NCBI GenBank assembly: GCA_951406725.2
Contig: OX597829.1
Coordinates: forward strand, 23,064,001 to 23,128,000
Direction of reading: 5' to 3'
From: Octopus vulgaris
Lineage: Eukaryota
Length of the DNA stretch: 64,000 bases
Made by a program: the position numbers and the translations under genes. The notes under the pieces are model-generated. The model did no database searches. It saw only the letters and a program-made list of their open reading frames with translations, and was not told the origin of the DNA. Of the stretch, positions 1 to 13,264 are shown one piece after another. Each line of letters begins with the position of its first letter. Within the stretch, counting starts at the first letter, position 1.

Positions 1-50
1 TATTCATACATATATGCATACATATATGCATACATATATATGTATACATG

Positions 51-90
<40 letters not shown>

Positions 91-339
91 CTTATGTATG
101 TATATTTCAATACATACATAGATATATATACATATATACATACACATACATACATTTGTATATTTATTCATATATATACATTCGTACATACAGACAGACA
201 TACATACATACATATACACACATACACATATATATATATATACATATACATGCATACATATACACACATACATGTATACATACATATACATGCATACATA
301 CTGCATTCATACATACATACACATAGACATATATATATA

Positions 340-381
<42 letters not shown>

Positions 382-536
382 CATATACATGCACATACAC
401 ACACACACAATATATACATATATATATATATATATATACATACACATATATAAACATATACACATACATATACATATACATAAACACATACACATACATA
501 TGCACATATATGTGTGTGTGTGTATATATCTGTAGG

Positions 537-569
<33 letters not shown>

Positions 570-587
570 ATGTGCATGCATATATGT

Positions 588-655
<68 letters not shown>
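1..655. repeat. Mosaic (TA)n/(CA)n/(TACA)n microsatellite
   Basis: Direct reading; it produces the HT/YI/CV artefact ORFs. Confidence 0.95.
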
Positions 656-659
<4 letters not shown>

Positions 660-835
660 AGAGTTTACGAAACAAACAAAAGACGAAGACAGGTGGTGTA
701 CAAAACAAACAGATGTATTAGTATAACGCTCAGGAATAAAGAAAAAAGTATTTAACGTTCGAGCCTACGCTCTTCTAAAGAAAGGGACAGAGAAAAAAAT
801 GTGTGTAGTGGCTAACGATTTATCATGGCGGTGCA
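655..835 (-). mobile_element. Short repeat abutting (TA)n, probably a Penelope-like terminal (pLTR) remnant with a degenerate hammerhead
   Basis: Near-identical reverse complement of 52485-52670; related copies at ~23215-23430 and ~43195-43375. Carries GAAGAGC-GTAG-GCTC-GAA(A)CGT (stem II plus a GAAACGT-like motif) without an intact CTGANGA. Confidence 0.5.
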
Positions 836-1628
836 TGTGTATATGTATATGTATGTAAATGTATAAATATGTATGTATGTAAATATATATGAATGTATGT
901 ATGTATGTATGTATGTATGTATGTATGTATGTATGTATGTATGTATATATATGTATACATACATACATACATACATACATACATACATACATACATACAT
1001 AAAGGTATGTCCTATCTTACGTTGTCTTTATTTAATCCTGAAAATATTTATGTAAAGTACGCACGCATTAAATATTTACATACATACATGCATACATACA
1101 TACATGCATGCATACATACATACATACATACATACATACACACACACATACATACATACATACTTACATACACATACATACGCATGTACACATACATATA
1201 TACACATACACATATACATGCATACATACATGCACATACACACATATACATACATGCATACATATACATATAAACAGGAAACTGCAACTCAAAACATGTC
1301 CTGTATGTACGTGTTTTTTATAAATAAGCGGGAGAAGTTAGAAGGTAACTCATGCACTAGGAGTTTCGTTCTTTGACACCTGTGTATGTATGTATCTATG
1401 TGTGTATGCGTGTGTGTATGCATGTATATATATATGTATGTATGCATGTGTGTATGTATGTGTATATGTGCGTATATATACGTATGTGTATGTCTGTGAG
1501 TGTATGTGTGTGAGGGAGTGTGTTTACATATCTATTTATGCATATATATGTATTCATAAATGCGTATATTTAAATATATATGTATATTTATATATATATG
1601 TGTGTATATATCTATCTATCCACCTATC

Positions 1629-1680
<52 letters not shown>

Positions 1681-1685
<5 letters not shown>

Positions 1686-1902
1686 CTTTACTGCCCACAA
1701 GGGGCTAAACACAGAGGTTACAAAGAAGGACAGACAAAGGGATTAAGTCGATTACATCGACCCCAGTGCGTAACTGGTACTTTAGTTATCGACCCCGAAA
1801 GGATGAAAGGCAAAGTCGACCTCGGCGGAATTTGAACTCAGAACGTAACGGCGGACGAAATACGGCTACGCATTTCGCCCGGCGTGCTAACGTTTCTGCC
1901 AG
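1681..1902 (-). mobile_element. SINE family A (tRNA-like head, GCCTTTCATCCTTTCGGGGTCGATAA core, ...TTTAGCCCCTTGTGGG tail)
   Basis: Matches many copies in the window (e.g. 5053, 7596, 17295, 35011, 45083, 57627). The core resembles the MetaSINE/Sauria-type central domain (recollection). Confidence 0.85.
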
Positions 1903-1905
1903 GTC

Positions 1906-2004
<99 letters not shown>

Positions 2005-2548
2005 TGTTTTTGTACTATATATATATATTTATATATACATACACACGCTCACACAGGCACGTGCACACATATAGTTTCGTATGTATGAATTATATATGTG
2101 TGTGTGTGTGTGTATAAGTCTCTGAAGTGGAATGCAAGTAAAAAAATATATATTACAAAATAATTATGCGCTGTTTTTTTGTTGATTTTTTTTGTTTTCT
2201 TCTTTTATAGATGTCTATGGGAATTGAAAGACAGTTACGTTACTGGAAGTTGTTCGCTCTAAACTTTTGCAATTGCTGCGCCTACCTAATTTGTATAAAT
2301 ACACCGAAAAATAATTATACCTAGCATTAAATTGTGTCTGAAATGATGCTATCCCACAGAGGATTAATGAAAATAATATCTCATCAGAACAACGCATCTT
2401 AAATAGATTAAAGCTTTTGGAGGTATTATTATTATTATCTTTTTTTTTTTTTTTTTTTGCTTTGTTTTAAACACTTAAAAAAATGATTTTGAATTTCGCT
2501 TGTTATTTCCGTCATTGTATATTTTTATTATTTATTTCGTGTCATCTG

Positions 2549-2579
<31 letters not shown>

Positions 2580-2640
2580 CTTGTCTTTTTTTCTGTGCAA
2601 ACTACGTAATCTTCCCTAAGCTATTTCTCTGAAAATCATC

Positions 2641-2650
2641 GTTGTCGTTG

Positions 2651-2722
<72 letters not shown>

Positions 2723-2752
2723 GCATCATCATCACCATCATCATCATCCTCG

Positions 2753-2821
<69 letters not shown>

Positions 2822-3007
2822 CCCGTCATCATCATCATCATAATCACCATCATCGACATCATTGTCATCGTCGTCATCATCATAGTCATCGTCATCATCA
2901 TCATTATCATCATCATCATAATCACCATCATCGACATCATCGTCATCATCATCATCATCATCATAGTCATCATCGTCATTACCATCATCATCGTCATCAC
3001 CACCTTT

Positions 3008-3048
<41 letters not shown>
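2641..3048. repeat. (CAT)n microsatellite with internal duplicated variant blocks
   Basis: Direct reading; source of the poly-M/D/S/I ORFs. Confidence 0.95.
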
Positions 3049-3074
3049 TCTTCTCGAGCATTAACTCTCTCAAG

Positions 3075-3337
3075 ACTCATAGGGTCGGTTACCTGGTTCC
3101 CTCGTCTTATAAGGAGACCGAGGTCACCAGTTTGCCCTGTGAATATGAATACAGCCAGTTCAGCTGTAAATGTGTATCACCGAACAGGATAGACCCTTTA
3201 CAGCTAAACCGGCCTGGAGCAACATGAAATGTAGTATTTTACTCAAGGTCATAACTCACCGCTCAGCCTGCAAATCGAAACCACGACCTTGCGATCGTCA
3301 GTGCGAGACTCTAACCGCTTGGTCACGTACCTTCACC
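3075..3337 (-). mobile_element. Diverged tRNA-headed SINE related to family D
   Basis: Minus strand starts GTGAAGG..., has a GGTTTCGATT B-box-like motif and TTGAGTAAAATACTACATTTCATGTTGCTCCAG, similar to 53333-53667. Confidence 0.6.
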
Positions 3338-3547
3338 TCTCTTAAAGTAGTTTTATTTCATTTCTTAGTGTGAGGAGAAGGAGCAGCGCCTACGAAGTTT
3401 ATTCATTTTTCTTCTGAGCCTTCGAGAATAGTAAAAGGCTGGTGGGGTACCCTCAAAATGGAAGGAAGCCCCGGGTGTTTCCAGTACAGAGGTTTATATT
3501 AAAGACACCCGAGGACCGGGTTGTAATGTCAAACCGGATAATGAATC

Positions 3548-3759
3548 TTTTCTACTCTAGGCACAAGGCCCGAAGTTTGGGGGGAGGGAGCCAGTCGATT
3601 AGATCGACTCCAGTACGCAACTGGTACTTAATTTATCGACCCTGAAAGGATGAAAGGCGAAGTTGACCTCGGCGGAATTTGAACTCAGAACATGAAGACA
3701 GACGAAATACCGCTAAGAATTTCGCCCGGCATGTTAATGTTTCTGCCAGCTCACCATCT
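3548..3759 (-). mobile_element. SINE family A, second tail variant (...GGCCTTGTGCCTAGAGTAGAAAAG)
   Basis: Same head and core as family A, different 3' tail. Confidence 0.8.
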
Positions 3760-3910
3760 TAAACCGGATGAGGAATAAAAAAAATCTCCCGACCAAAGGG
3801 ACAAATAGTCTCTTCAACAGTCTTCCGTTCGGTTCTCGGCTGCCGAATTCCAACCACAAGGGCTCCGCCGATCATTTCCTTCTTATTTGCTTCAGTCATA
3901 TTAGACTGCA

Positions 3911-4148
3911 GCTATGCTGGGGCACTACCATCAGCATCACCACCATAGGCTATAGTAGAAGTTCTTTATTCAAGGTGTCAAGCAGTGGGACTGAACCCGG
4001 AACCATACGGTTGGGAAGCAAACTTCTTACAACACAGCCACGCCTGAGGATATAGTAACAGAAACTTGCCCAAGTTTCTACGACGCTGGATCGAACCCGC
4101 AACCACGTCAGTAATTGCAAAGTGAACCTGTTAGCCATGCGACCATGC
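3911..4148 (-). repeat. Left arm of a local inverted duplication (two degenerate SINE B heads in tandem)
   Basis: Near-identical reverse complement of 5321-5562; the ORF track gives the same peptide on opposite strands (3950..4138- and 5323..5523+). Confidence 0.85.
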
Positions 4149-5052
4149 CCCCACCGACCGTGTTATTTCAGAAAAATAATTGTCACTTTCACGAATGCCA
4201 TTATGATGTCGGCACCAATTTTGTCGTTCCTGACTCAATCAACCTTGATAAGGATGCCGAGCAGTAAACGATAGTTTGTAGAACTTTCTACAGAGTTGGA
4301 TCAATCAGGGTACTCTACGTTTGCACCAACTCGACCACCTTTGAGAGAGTAAACCGCATGGGGTAGAGCTGTTTATTTACTTTTCTGCTCATCCAAAGAC
4401 GTGGCGGGTAGCGAGTAAGAGATGGTATGAAGTAGTTATCTTGAAGAATCTTTATCGCGATTTTAGAAAAAAAAAAATAAAGAAAAAAAATGATGAAAAA
4501 CATTAAGTAAACAATAAAACAAAAAATTAAAAAAAATTAAAAGACAGATAAAGGAAAGAAAATAAATATTTTTGCTGAATGTTTTAGGAAAGATATAAGC
4601 AATGTCAGCGAGAACTATTTGCTGTAATTTTTCAACTTAAAGAGATCGCTCATATCATGTGTTCTTTAAAATACATCTCTTCTTACCTTCCGTCTTAAAC
4701 ACAAATGCACCAATTCCGTTACTAGGACTTGAAGAACGTAGTATAATGTGATTTAGTAATACACACACACACATACACACATGCACACAGACACACACAC
4801 ACATTCACACACATATGTATATACGTGCGTGTATGTGTCAGTATTTATATAATACTATATATTTCTCTTAAAATAACGATGTTTGTATCATTTGCATCAT
4901 GTAATTCCCTTTAACTCATTAAGCAGATTGTGTATTAGATTTGTTTTAGACTGTGTTTCAGGTCAACATTATAAATGCTGTGTACATCGTTTTTAAAATC
5001 TAATATTGTTCGAACTGTGGCATATTGATCTGCTTCTATATTTTTATTCCAG

Positions 5053-5285
5053 GACGGCGAGCTGGCAGAAACGTTAGCATGCCGGGCGAAATGCGTAGCC
5101 GTATTTTCGTCTGTCGTTACATTCTGAGTTCAAATTCCGCCGAGGTCGACTTTGCCTTTCATCCTTTCGGGGTCGATAAATTAAGTACCAGTTTCGCACT
5201 GGGGTCGATGTAATCGACTTAATCCCTTTGTCTGTCTTTGTTTGTCCCCTCTATGTTTAGCCCCTTGTGGGTAGTAAAAAAATAT
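5053..5285 (+). mobile_element. SINE family A, full length
   Basis: GGCGAGCTGGCAGAAACGTTAGC head, GAGTTCAAATTCC B-box, core and tail all present. Confidence 0.9.
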
Positions 5286-5320
5286 ATATTTTTATTCCAA
5301 CATTATTGCATTCTTCGGGA

Positions 5321-5562
5321 GCATGGGAGCATGGCTAAACAGGTTCACTTTGCAATTACTGACGTGGTTGCGGGTTCGATCCAGCGTCGTAGAAACTTGG
5401 GCAAGTTTCTGTTACTATATCCTCAGGCGTGGCTGTGTTGTAAGAAGTTTGCTTCCCAACCGTATGGTTCCGGGTTCAGTCCCACTGCTTGACGACACCT
5501 TGAATAAAGAACTTCTACTATAGCCTATGGTGGTGATGCTGATGGCAGTACCCCAGCATAGC
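5321..5562 (+). repeat. Right arm of the local inverted duplication
   Basis: Reverse complement of 3911-4148 with a few small differences. Confidence 0.85.
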
Positions 5563-5902
5563 AAAGACAATAAAATAATAATAACATCCTAATAATAATA
5601 ATAATAATATCCTATCATTGGTGATGTCGGCCTCAATATAAAAACAACAGAATTCACTAGAAGATCCAACTTACATCAGCGACGACGACGACAACGACGA
5701 CAACAACAACAACAACAACGTAATCTTTTCTACTATAGGCACAAGGCCCCAAATTTTGGAGAAGGCTAATCGATTACATCGAACCTAGTGTTTAAATCGT
5801 ATTCATTTTATCGACCCCCAAAAGGAAAAAAGACGAAGCCGACCTTGTTGGTATTTGAACTCAGAACGTCAAGCAAGAAAAAAATGCTACCAAGCATTTT
5901 GT

Positions 5903-6122
5903 CTCTTTTACTCTTTTTTTTACTCGTTTCAGTCATTTGACTGCGGCCATGCTGGAGCACCGCCTTTTCAGTCGATCAAATCGACCCCAGGACTTATTCG
6001 TTGTAAGCCTAGTACTTATTCTATCGGTCTCTTTTGCCGAACCGCTAAGTTACGGGGACGTAAACACACCAGCATCGGTTGTCAAGCGATATTGGGGGGA
6101 CAAACACAGACACAAAAACACA

Positions 6123-6175
<53 letters not shown>

Positions 6176-6273
6176 GACGGGCTTCTTTCAGTTTTCCGTC
6201 TACCAAATCCACTCACAAGGCTTTGGTCGGCGCGAGGCTATAGTAGAAGGTGCCACGCATTGGGACTGAACCC

Positions 6274-6280
<7 letters not shown>
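5903..6280 (-). mobile_element. SINE family B (tRNA-like head, internal microsatellite, tail ...CAGTCAAATGACTGAAAC-AGTAAAAGAG)
   Basis: Matches full copies such as 56294-56710. Confidence 0.85.
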
Positions 6281-6349
<69 letters not shown>

Positions 6350-6351
<2 letters not shown>

Positions 6352-6903
6352 CCCTGATGCAGTACCAGGCAGTGGCTCTCATGGCTTCTGATCTTAATTG
6401 ATTGGAAGTGTTATCATGTACATGTTTTGTCTTGGTATAAAAGATGGGCTACAGCAAATATTCTGCTCAATACCACAGATTTGCTTGTCAGTTGTTTGAC
6501 CTTAACCAGTTGAGCATGTCCCTTAGTGGCTGACGATATGTGCATCTCTGATCACGAGCAGAAGTAGTGGGGGAGCATCATAGCCATGTGTTGAGAGGGA
6601 TTCTTTGGGGTTTGAATAGTTCACCTCTGGAAGCATGGGTGGTTCTTTCAACATCCTTAAACAACCCTTATTCAGGGACCGTTTGAGCGGGATGGGCTAC
6701 TCATCCTGAAGAAAATTCTAACTGGGCCCCACCTGCAAGGTCATGTGCTGTTTATCTTGATATGAGATCACCATGTCGCGCACATATGGTTGTGATGCAT
6801 GTGCCTGGTGTACCTTTATCAGACGGGTAGTCATGATGGGTATATTGGGCTTCGTATATTTTACCCCAGTGTCACTTTGATGGCATGAACTGCTCTCTCA
6901 CTC
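6350..6903 (+). mobile_element. ~550-bp non-coding element in (TAA)n, copy 1
   Basis: Runs GCCCTGATGCAGTACC...CTCTCTCACTC with (TAA)n on both sides; homologous to 37731-38290 and 59249-59832. Confidence 0.85.
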
Positions 6904-6971
<68 letters not shown>

Positions 6972-6972
<1 letters not shown>

Positions 6973-7128
6973 GAGAGTGGAGCAGTTGCAGAAAACAGCA
7001 CTGCTTGGAACCGCTCGAATACACCGGATGGTGTGCGAAAAGTAAATGGTGTCATTTTAGTTCACTGGTAGTGAACAGCTGACACCGTAGTACATCTCCA
7101 TCCTTAGAGGCCATGCAAAGACAATAGA
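6972..7128 (+). mobile_element. Short 3' remnant of an R4/Dong-like LINE in (TAA)n
   Basis: Encodes RVEQLQKTALLGTARIHRMVCEK*, resembling the IQKIVLMGTAHILRKIL end of the 40849 copy. Confidence 0.55.
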
Positions 7129-7137
7129 ATAATAATA

Positions 7138-7502
7138 ACAAGAGCACTCAGAGCGCACAAACCTCCGCCAAGGCAACACCAACGTCCTCTCAACGATTAG
7201 CTGGAGACAGTTTTTAAAATGAGACTATTTGAAATAGACTCGACGGCTCTCACAAACGAGAATACTAAAAATGAACCCGACCGCCCTCAAAAATTAAGTG
7301 AAAAAAAACAGGAAGAATAATCCAGAATCTTTGTCTGGTACCGAATCGATCCCAAAATCTAATTAGTTCGTGCCAATTACAAAACCAAACATCCCTGACG
7401 GTTTCATCCAAATCCATCCAACGGTTCTTGAGATATCTTGTCCACGGACAAACAAATACGATTGGAAACAATACCTCCGCCATGGCTAAGGCGGAGGTAA
7501 TA
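7138..7502 (-). mobile_element. Non-autonomous Helentron/DINE-1-like element
   Basis: Hairpin TACCTCCGCC(7472-7481)/GGCGGAGGTA(7490-7499), a matching subterminal ACCTCCGCC at 7161-7169, and a short terminal stem-loop at 7141-7156. Confidence 0.65.
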
Positions 7503-7595
7503 ATCCCTTTTACTGGGGGTACAAGGCCCCAAATTTGTGGGGAGGGCAGTAGTCGATTGCATCGAGCCCAGTGTGTCACTGGTACTTAATCTATC

Positions 7596-7823
7596 GGCGA
7601 GCTGGCAGAAACGTTAGCGTGCCGGGCGAAATGCTTGGCGGTATTTCGTCTGGCGCAACGTTGTGAGTTCAAATTCCGCTGAGGTCGACTTTGCCTTTCA
7701 TCCTTTCGGGGTCGATAAATTAAGTACCAGTTACGCACTGGGGTCGATGTAATCGACTTAATACCTATGCCTGTCCTTGTTTGTCCCCTCTATGTTTAGC
7801 CCCTTGTGGGTAATAAAGAAATA
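7596..7823 (+). mobile_element. SINE family A inserted into an opposite-strand family A copy (7504-7962)
   Basis: TSD GGTACTTAATCTATCG at 7581-7596 and 7824-7839. Confidence 0.9.
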
Positions 7824-7984
7824 GGTACTTAATCTATCGACCCCGAAAGGATGAAAACCAAAGTCGACCAACCTCGACGGAATGTGAACCCAGAACGTGC
7901 GACGGCTGGAATACCTCTAAGCATTCCGTCCAACGTGCTATTGATTCTGCTAGCTCACTGCCTTGATGACGATGATGATTATGA

Positions 7985-8853
7985 TGGGCTAATGGCCTCT
8001 GGTTTAAAATCTGAAACGGAAGGGTTTATCATAGCAGCTCAAGATCAATGCCTACCAACAAGAAAATACCAGGCCAACATATTAAAGAACGGCAGTAGCC
8101 CAACATGTCGTGTATGTCAACAACAAAATGAAACCATCTCCAAGTGCAGTCTTCTAGCGCCTACAGAGTATCTCAACAGGCATGATAGAGCTGCACAATA
8201 TATTCACTGGGTAATCTGCAAAAACCTGGATTTGCCCCATGAAAAAAACTGGCGGGAACACAAACCACCCCCAGTGCTTGAAAATGACCACATCTCACTC
8301 CTCTGGAACTTCCCCATTCAAACTGACAGAAAGATAGATGCAAATAGGCCAGACTTCATATTGAAAGACTTCAAATAAAGAACATGTCTCCTCATTGATA
8401 TGACTGCCCCAATCGATATAAGCGTATCTGTCAAGACCTACCAAAAACTGAGCAAATATAAAGATCTTGAAATAGAAATCAGCAAAATGTGGAATCTGAA
8501 GACTAAAACAATACCTGTTGTCATAGGTGCCCTGGGAATGATAGCAAAATGGGCTGATAGCTACCTAACTCAGATACCAGGAAACCCCAAAATGGCAGAA
8601 ATTCAAAAGATAGTGCTCATGGGAACTGCTCATATCCTATGCGAAATACTTTCTATGTAATCTCAAGGTTTAAAACAAACATAATTTTCTTTCTTTTTTT
8701 TTTTTAGGCATTCACTAGTACAACACTAAATACAAAACCAAATATATGGCACACTAAGCATAACAACAATACGACCTTCCAACCTGTTGTCTCTTGAGGT
8801 CTCTGGGTGAGACTTGGAGCCAACTTGTACAAATATAAAACAAAAGTCAAACA
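7985..8853 (+). mobile_element. 5'-truncated R4/Dong-like RLE-LINE (CCHC knuckle, restriction-like endonuclease, 3' UTR), pseudogenised
   Basis: GLKSETEGFIIAAQDQ, CRVC..ETI..SKC, RHD, NRPD..LID..KLSKY motifs; stop at 8376-8378 and a 12-bp deletion relative to the 40849 copy; ends in (TAA)n. Confidence 0.9.
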
Positions 8854-8871
8854 TATAATAATAATAATAAT

Positions 8872-9830
8872 TGATTCTTGTCGATGCTTAATATTTCTCC
8901 GAGGACTTCGTCACACTTGCCCACTACTAACTTTCTGTGCAGCGCCGAGGTGGAAATTCCATTGACTGCATTTCCCAACTTGTAGAGGGCTATGAGCGAC
9001 TCACGGCACTCTAGGTGCCAAACGCCCTGCGTAGGTCAACGACTGAGCCAGGACTGTAGCTTTCTCAAAGAGATGAGCCGTGGGAAAATGAGACTGACAA
9101 AAGGCGACCACGCGTACTCGTCGCCATCGAAATATGGGGGGGATGTCGCAGTTTTAGCGACGTAAGCAACGGCATGCTCAGTCTTCCACTCAGCGAGCGT
9201 TCACAGTAAAAAAGAGTGGTCTAACCAGTGGAATGAGTCCTTTCTACAAAAGTAGACGCGGAGGTCCAGTTCAGCTAGACGTGAACTGAAACAACACGAT
9301 GGTCAATCGGTAAGATATAACGGAAGTAATGCAGCGTTCACTGCCTGATCTTTCAGAGACAGCGTTTTCTCGATCCATTTCTGAGTGAGATTGACTACTT
9401 TGCTTGTCATCTCATCCAATGTCTCTTCGACTGAAAATCTAGATCGAACCAGATCTCGGACAATTTAACCGACCCGTCCGCCCGTCTGTCCACGGACCCA
9501 CAATACTGTCAAACGATGTGCGTCTGCTTCTTCAGGTGCCGTGATGCATCCCACAAACTTTTGCTTGTGTCACCACCTCATAGTTCTCTAGAGCGGTGCT
9601 GATTACTTCGACGTTCCTTAGTGTCCGACATTATGACGGTGACGTGGCATCGTCGTTCATGCGGGACGCCCTTCAAAGTTATTAATTTCCGCAGTGGTGG
9701 TCCTAGAGCCAGAAGATACGAGAAGAGACGACTTTGGATAATAGTAACAAAGGTGTTGAGAACGCGTACAACTATGTTAGTCATGGTCGGAACGCTTTTA
9801 ATCATAGTCCTACTTGATCAGACTGATCTG
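8872..9830 (-). pseudogene. Old, frameshifted L1/Tx1-clade ORF2 remnant
   Basis: Minus-strand peptides LLALGPPLRKLITLKGV, LENYEVVTQAK, DEMTSKVVNLTQKWIEKTLSLK and WSPFVSLIFPRLISLRKLQSW..WHLECRESL are colinear with the 25193 ORF. Confidence 0.85.
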
Positions 9831-10561
9831 GAGCTAAACTGCAACAGCAGCAGCAGCAGCCGTCCAAGAATTTGGACCTGGAGATCTCCATTTGCAGCGA
9901 CTTCGAGGGCCACCTCCCAGTGGTGTCGGGCGTCAACGAAGAGCCCTCGACTACAACAAGACGACCAAAGTTTTCTTTTTTTTTTTCCAAGGTCTGGGGT
10001 CTCCCGCCTCTAAGCCCTAGACCATCACCTAATCACCCTTACCCGTCTTGTTGCTTAACAACAACAACAACAACAGTAGTAGCAACGACAAGACGATGAC
10101 AACGATAGCAATAACAACAACAACAACAACAACAACAGAGAATGGTGTGTGAAATGAAGGCGAAAGTAAAATACTGAATTGAAGAACTGGAACAAACACT
10201 GCAAGAACTGAATAACTCCAGTTCTTGGAACCTTTTATCTTGTTAAGTAAACATTAATAGAGAACCAAAAGCAAACAGTGTTGCGATGGAAGAAATAAAA
10301 TAAAATAAAATAAAATAAAATAAAATAAAATAAAAGACACTAACTTTATTTTTGGGAATACTTAGGTTTTCGTGTTAAAAAAAAAAAATCTTATTACGTC
10401 ATATTAAAAAAAAAAAAAACCGACGATGATTAAAAATTACCAAGGGATATACTTTTTATATAAAAGCAGTGTTTTATATATTAGACTTAAATCGTACCTA
10501 AATCGTACCTAAGTTCGTAAGCTGGTTCAGGAGTATCCTATGGCTGAATGTCATCGCATCT

Positions 10562-10568
10562 CTTTCCT

Positions 10569-10661
<93 letters not shown>

Positions 10662-10952
10662 TTTCTTTCTTTCCTTCTTTCTTTCTTTCTTTCTTCCTTT
10701 CTTTCCTTCTTTCTTTCCTTCTTTCTTTCCTTCTTTCTTTCTTTCTTTCCTTTCTTTCCTTCTTTCCTTCTTTCCGTCTTTCTTTCCTTCTTTCTTTCTT
10801 TCCTTCTTTCTTTCCTTCTTTCTTTCATTCTTTCTTTCTTTCTTTCTTTCCTTCCTTATTTCTTTCCTTCTTTCTTTCTTTCTTCCTTTCTTTCTTTCTT
10901 CCTTTCTTTCTTTCTTTCCTTCTTTCTTTTTTTCCTTCTTTCTTTCTTTCCT

Positions 10953-11003
<51 letters not shown>
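10562..11003. repeat. (TTTC)n polypyrimidine tract
   Basis: Direct reading. Confidence 0.95.
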
Positions 11004-11004
<1 letters not shown>

Positions 11005-11114
11005 GTTTCCAGAAGATAAATTTGGTTTGTTTCTTCCTCTATTATCTATTTTTTGTGTTATAAATATAAACTAGCAATGACGACGATGACGATGACGGCA
11101 AAGAAGAAGAAAAT

Positions 11115-11795
<681 letters not shown>

Positions 11796-12227
11796 TTCTC
11801 ATATGTTTTGTTATATTCCCTGATGTGGAGCGCCTTGAGAAATAACAAAACAGGAATAAGAGGATATTGTGCTGCGTATTCTTCCTTACTTGTTGGTCTT
11901 CCGTGGGAACAAACTTAATCAAAATGATACACAATCTATCGTTGATGGCTTATCGTTCGCCATACTCACGTATGGGTTCAAGGAGCTCAAATGCAGTCAA
12001 GCATTATAAACTCACACGCACAAAATACATATACACATGCACTGATACATGCACACATACACACACACACACACGCGCGCATACACGCACACACACATAA
12101 ACACCGATATTCATAGTTATATATATATATATATATATCTACTTACAAATGTGCATATGTGAAGGTGTTAGAATGTATGTATCTATATATATATATGTGA
12201 GGTTGTGTGTGTGAGCCTTTGTGTGAT

Positions 12228-12280
<53 letters not shown>

Positions 12281-12423
12281 TTATATATATATGTTGATAT
12301 ATATATATATTTATATATATATACATATATTTATATATATATATATACATATATTTATATATATGCATATATTTATATATATATATATACATATATTTAT
12401 ATATACATATATATATATACATA

Positions 12424-12465
<42 letters not shown>

Positions 12466-12497
12466 ATATGTATTTATATATATTATTGATATGCATG

Positions 12498-12538
<41 letters not shown>

Positions 12539-12569
12539 ATATATATATACATATATTATATTAAATTAG

Positions 12570-13180
12570 AGATAAAACCACTATATATATACTTATATAT
12601 ATAATAACAATTTAATAAATAAAACATATGCATACATACATATATGTACATACCTACATCTATATGTATATATACATGCGTATATGAGTACAGGACACCA
12701 CAAATAAACGTAGAACACAAGGAGAAACGAAACCATAAAACCAAACAAGGAAACGGACTTTTTTTAACAACGAAAAAACAGAGTACAAGACAAACAACAC
12801 AAGGAACATTCCCCTTCCTCAGCTGCCCCTGTTTCGACTCAATGCGTGTTCCGAAGGTAAGGGCTGAACACGACCACGCCGAAGCAGTCCTTCCCGCAAA
12901 ATGAATTAAATAAAAGAATTTTGCGGAGGGGTAAAAAAAAGTGACAAGAACAGGACGTAAAAGCAATACAAATGAAGAGAAAAACAGTACAAAGAAAGAT
13001 AAAAACAGTAAAAGACAGGACAAGGAAACCAACAATAAGGGCTTTTTTTAAGCCTAGTTGGAAAAATTCGTTAGAACGCATTCTGAAGATCGGCTTGCGG
13101 AAGACAGAAAAAAGCCGATGTTGACTTGTTGAAAGCAGTGGGCAGAAAGAAAGTTAGTAGCCCTCCGGTCAGCGACGAGA
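12570..13180. mobile_element. Interspersed repeat beside (TA)n, possibly Penelope-derived
   Basis: 12630-12850 is homologous to 42810-43050; the family assignment is a guess. Confidence 0.45.
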
Positions 13181-13264
13181 GAGAGGAGGAGGAGTGAGAG
13201 AGAGAGGAGGAGGAGGAGGAGTGAGAGATAGTAAACGTGGCTTATTCGCAATTTACAACCAAAA

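Noticed and set aside
4160-4460. Faint mariner C-terminus resemblance on the minus strand
   Set aside because: Too degenerate; no YSPDL motif or TIR found.
9621-10013. 130-aa ORF with a transmembrane-like segment
   Set aside because: Largely the antisense of the degraded L1/Tx1 ORF2 remnant.
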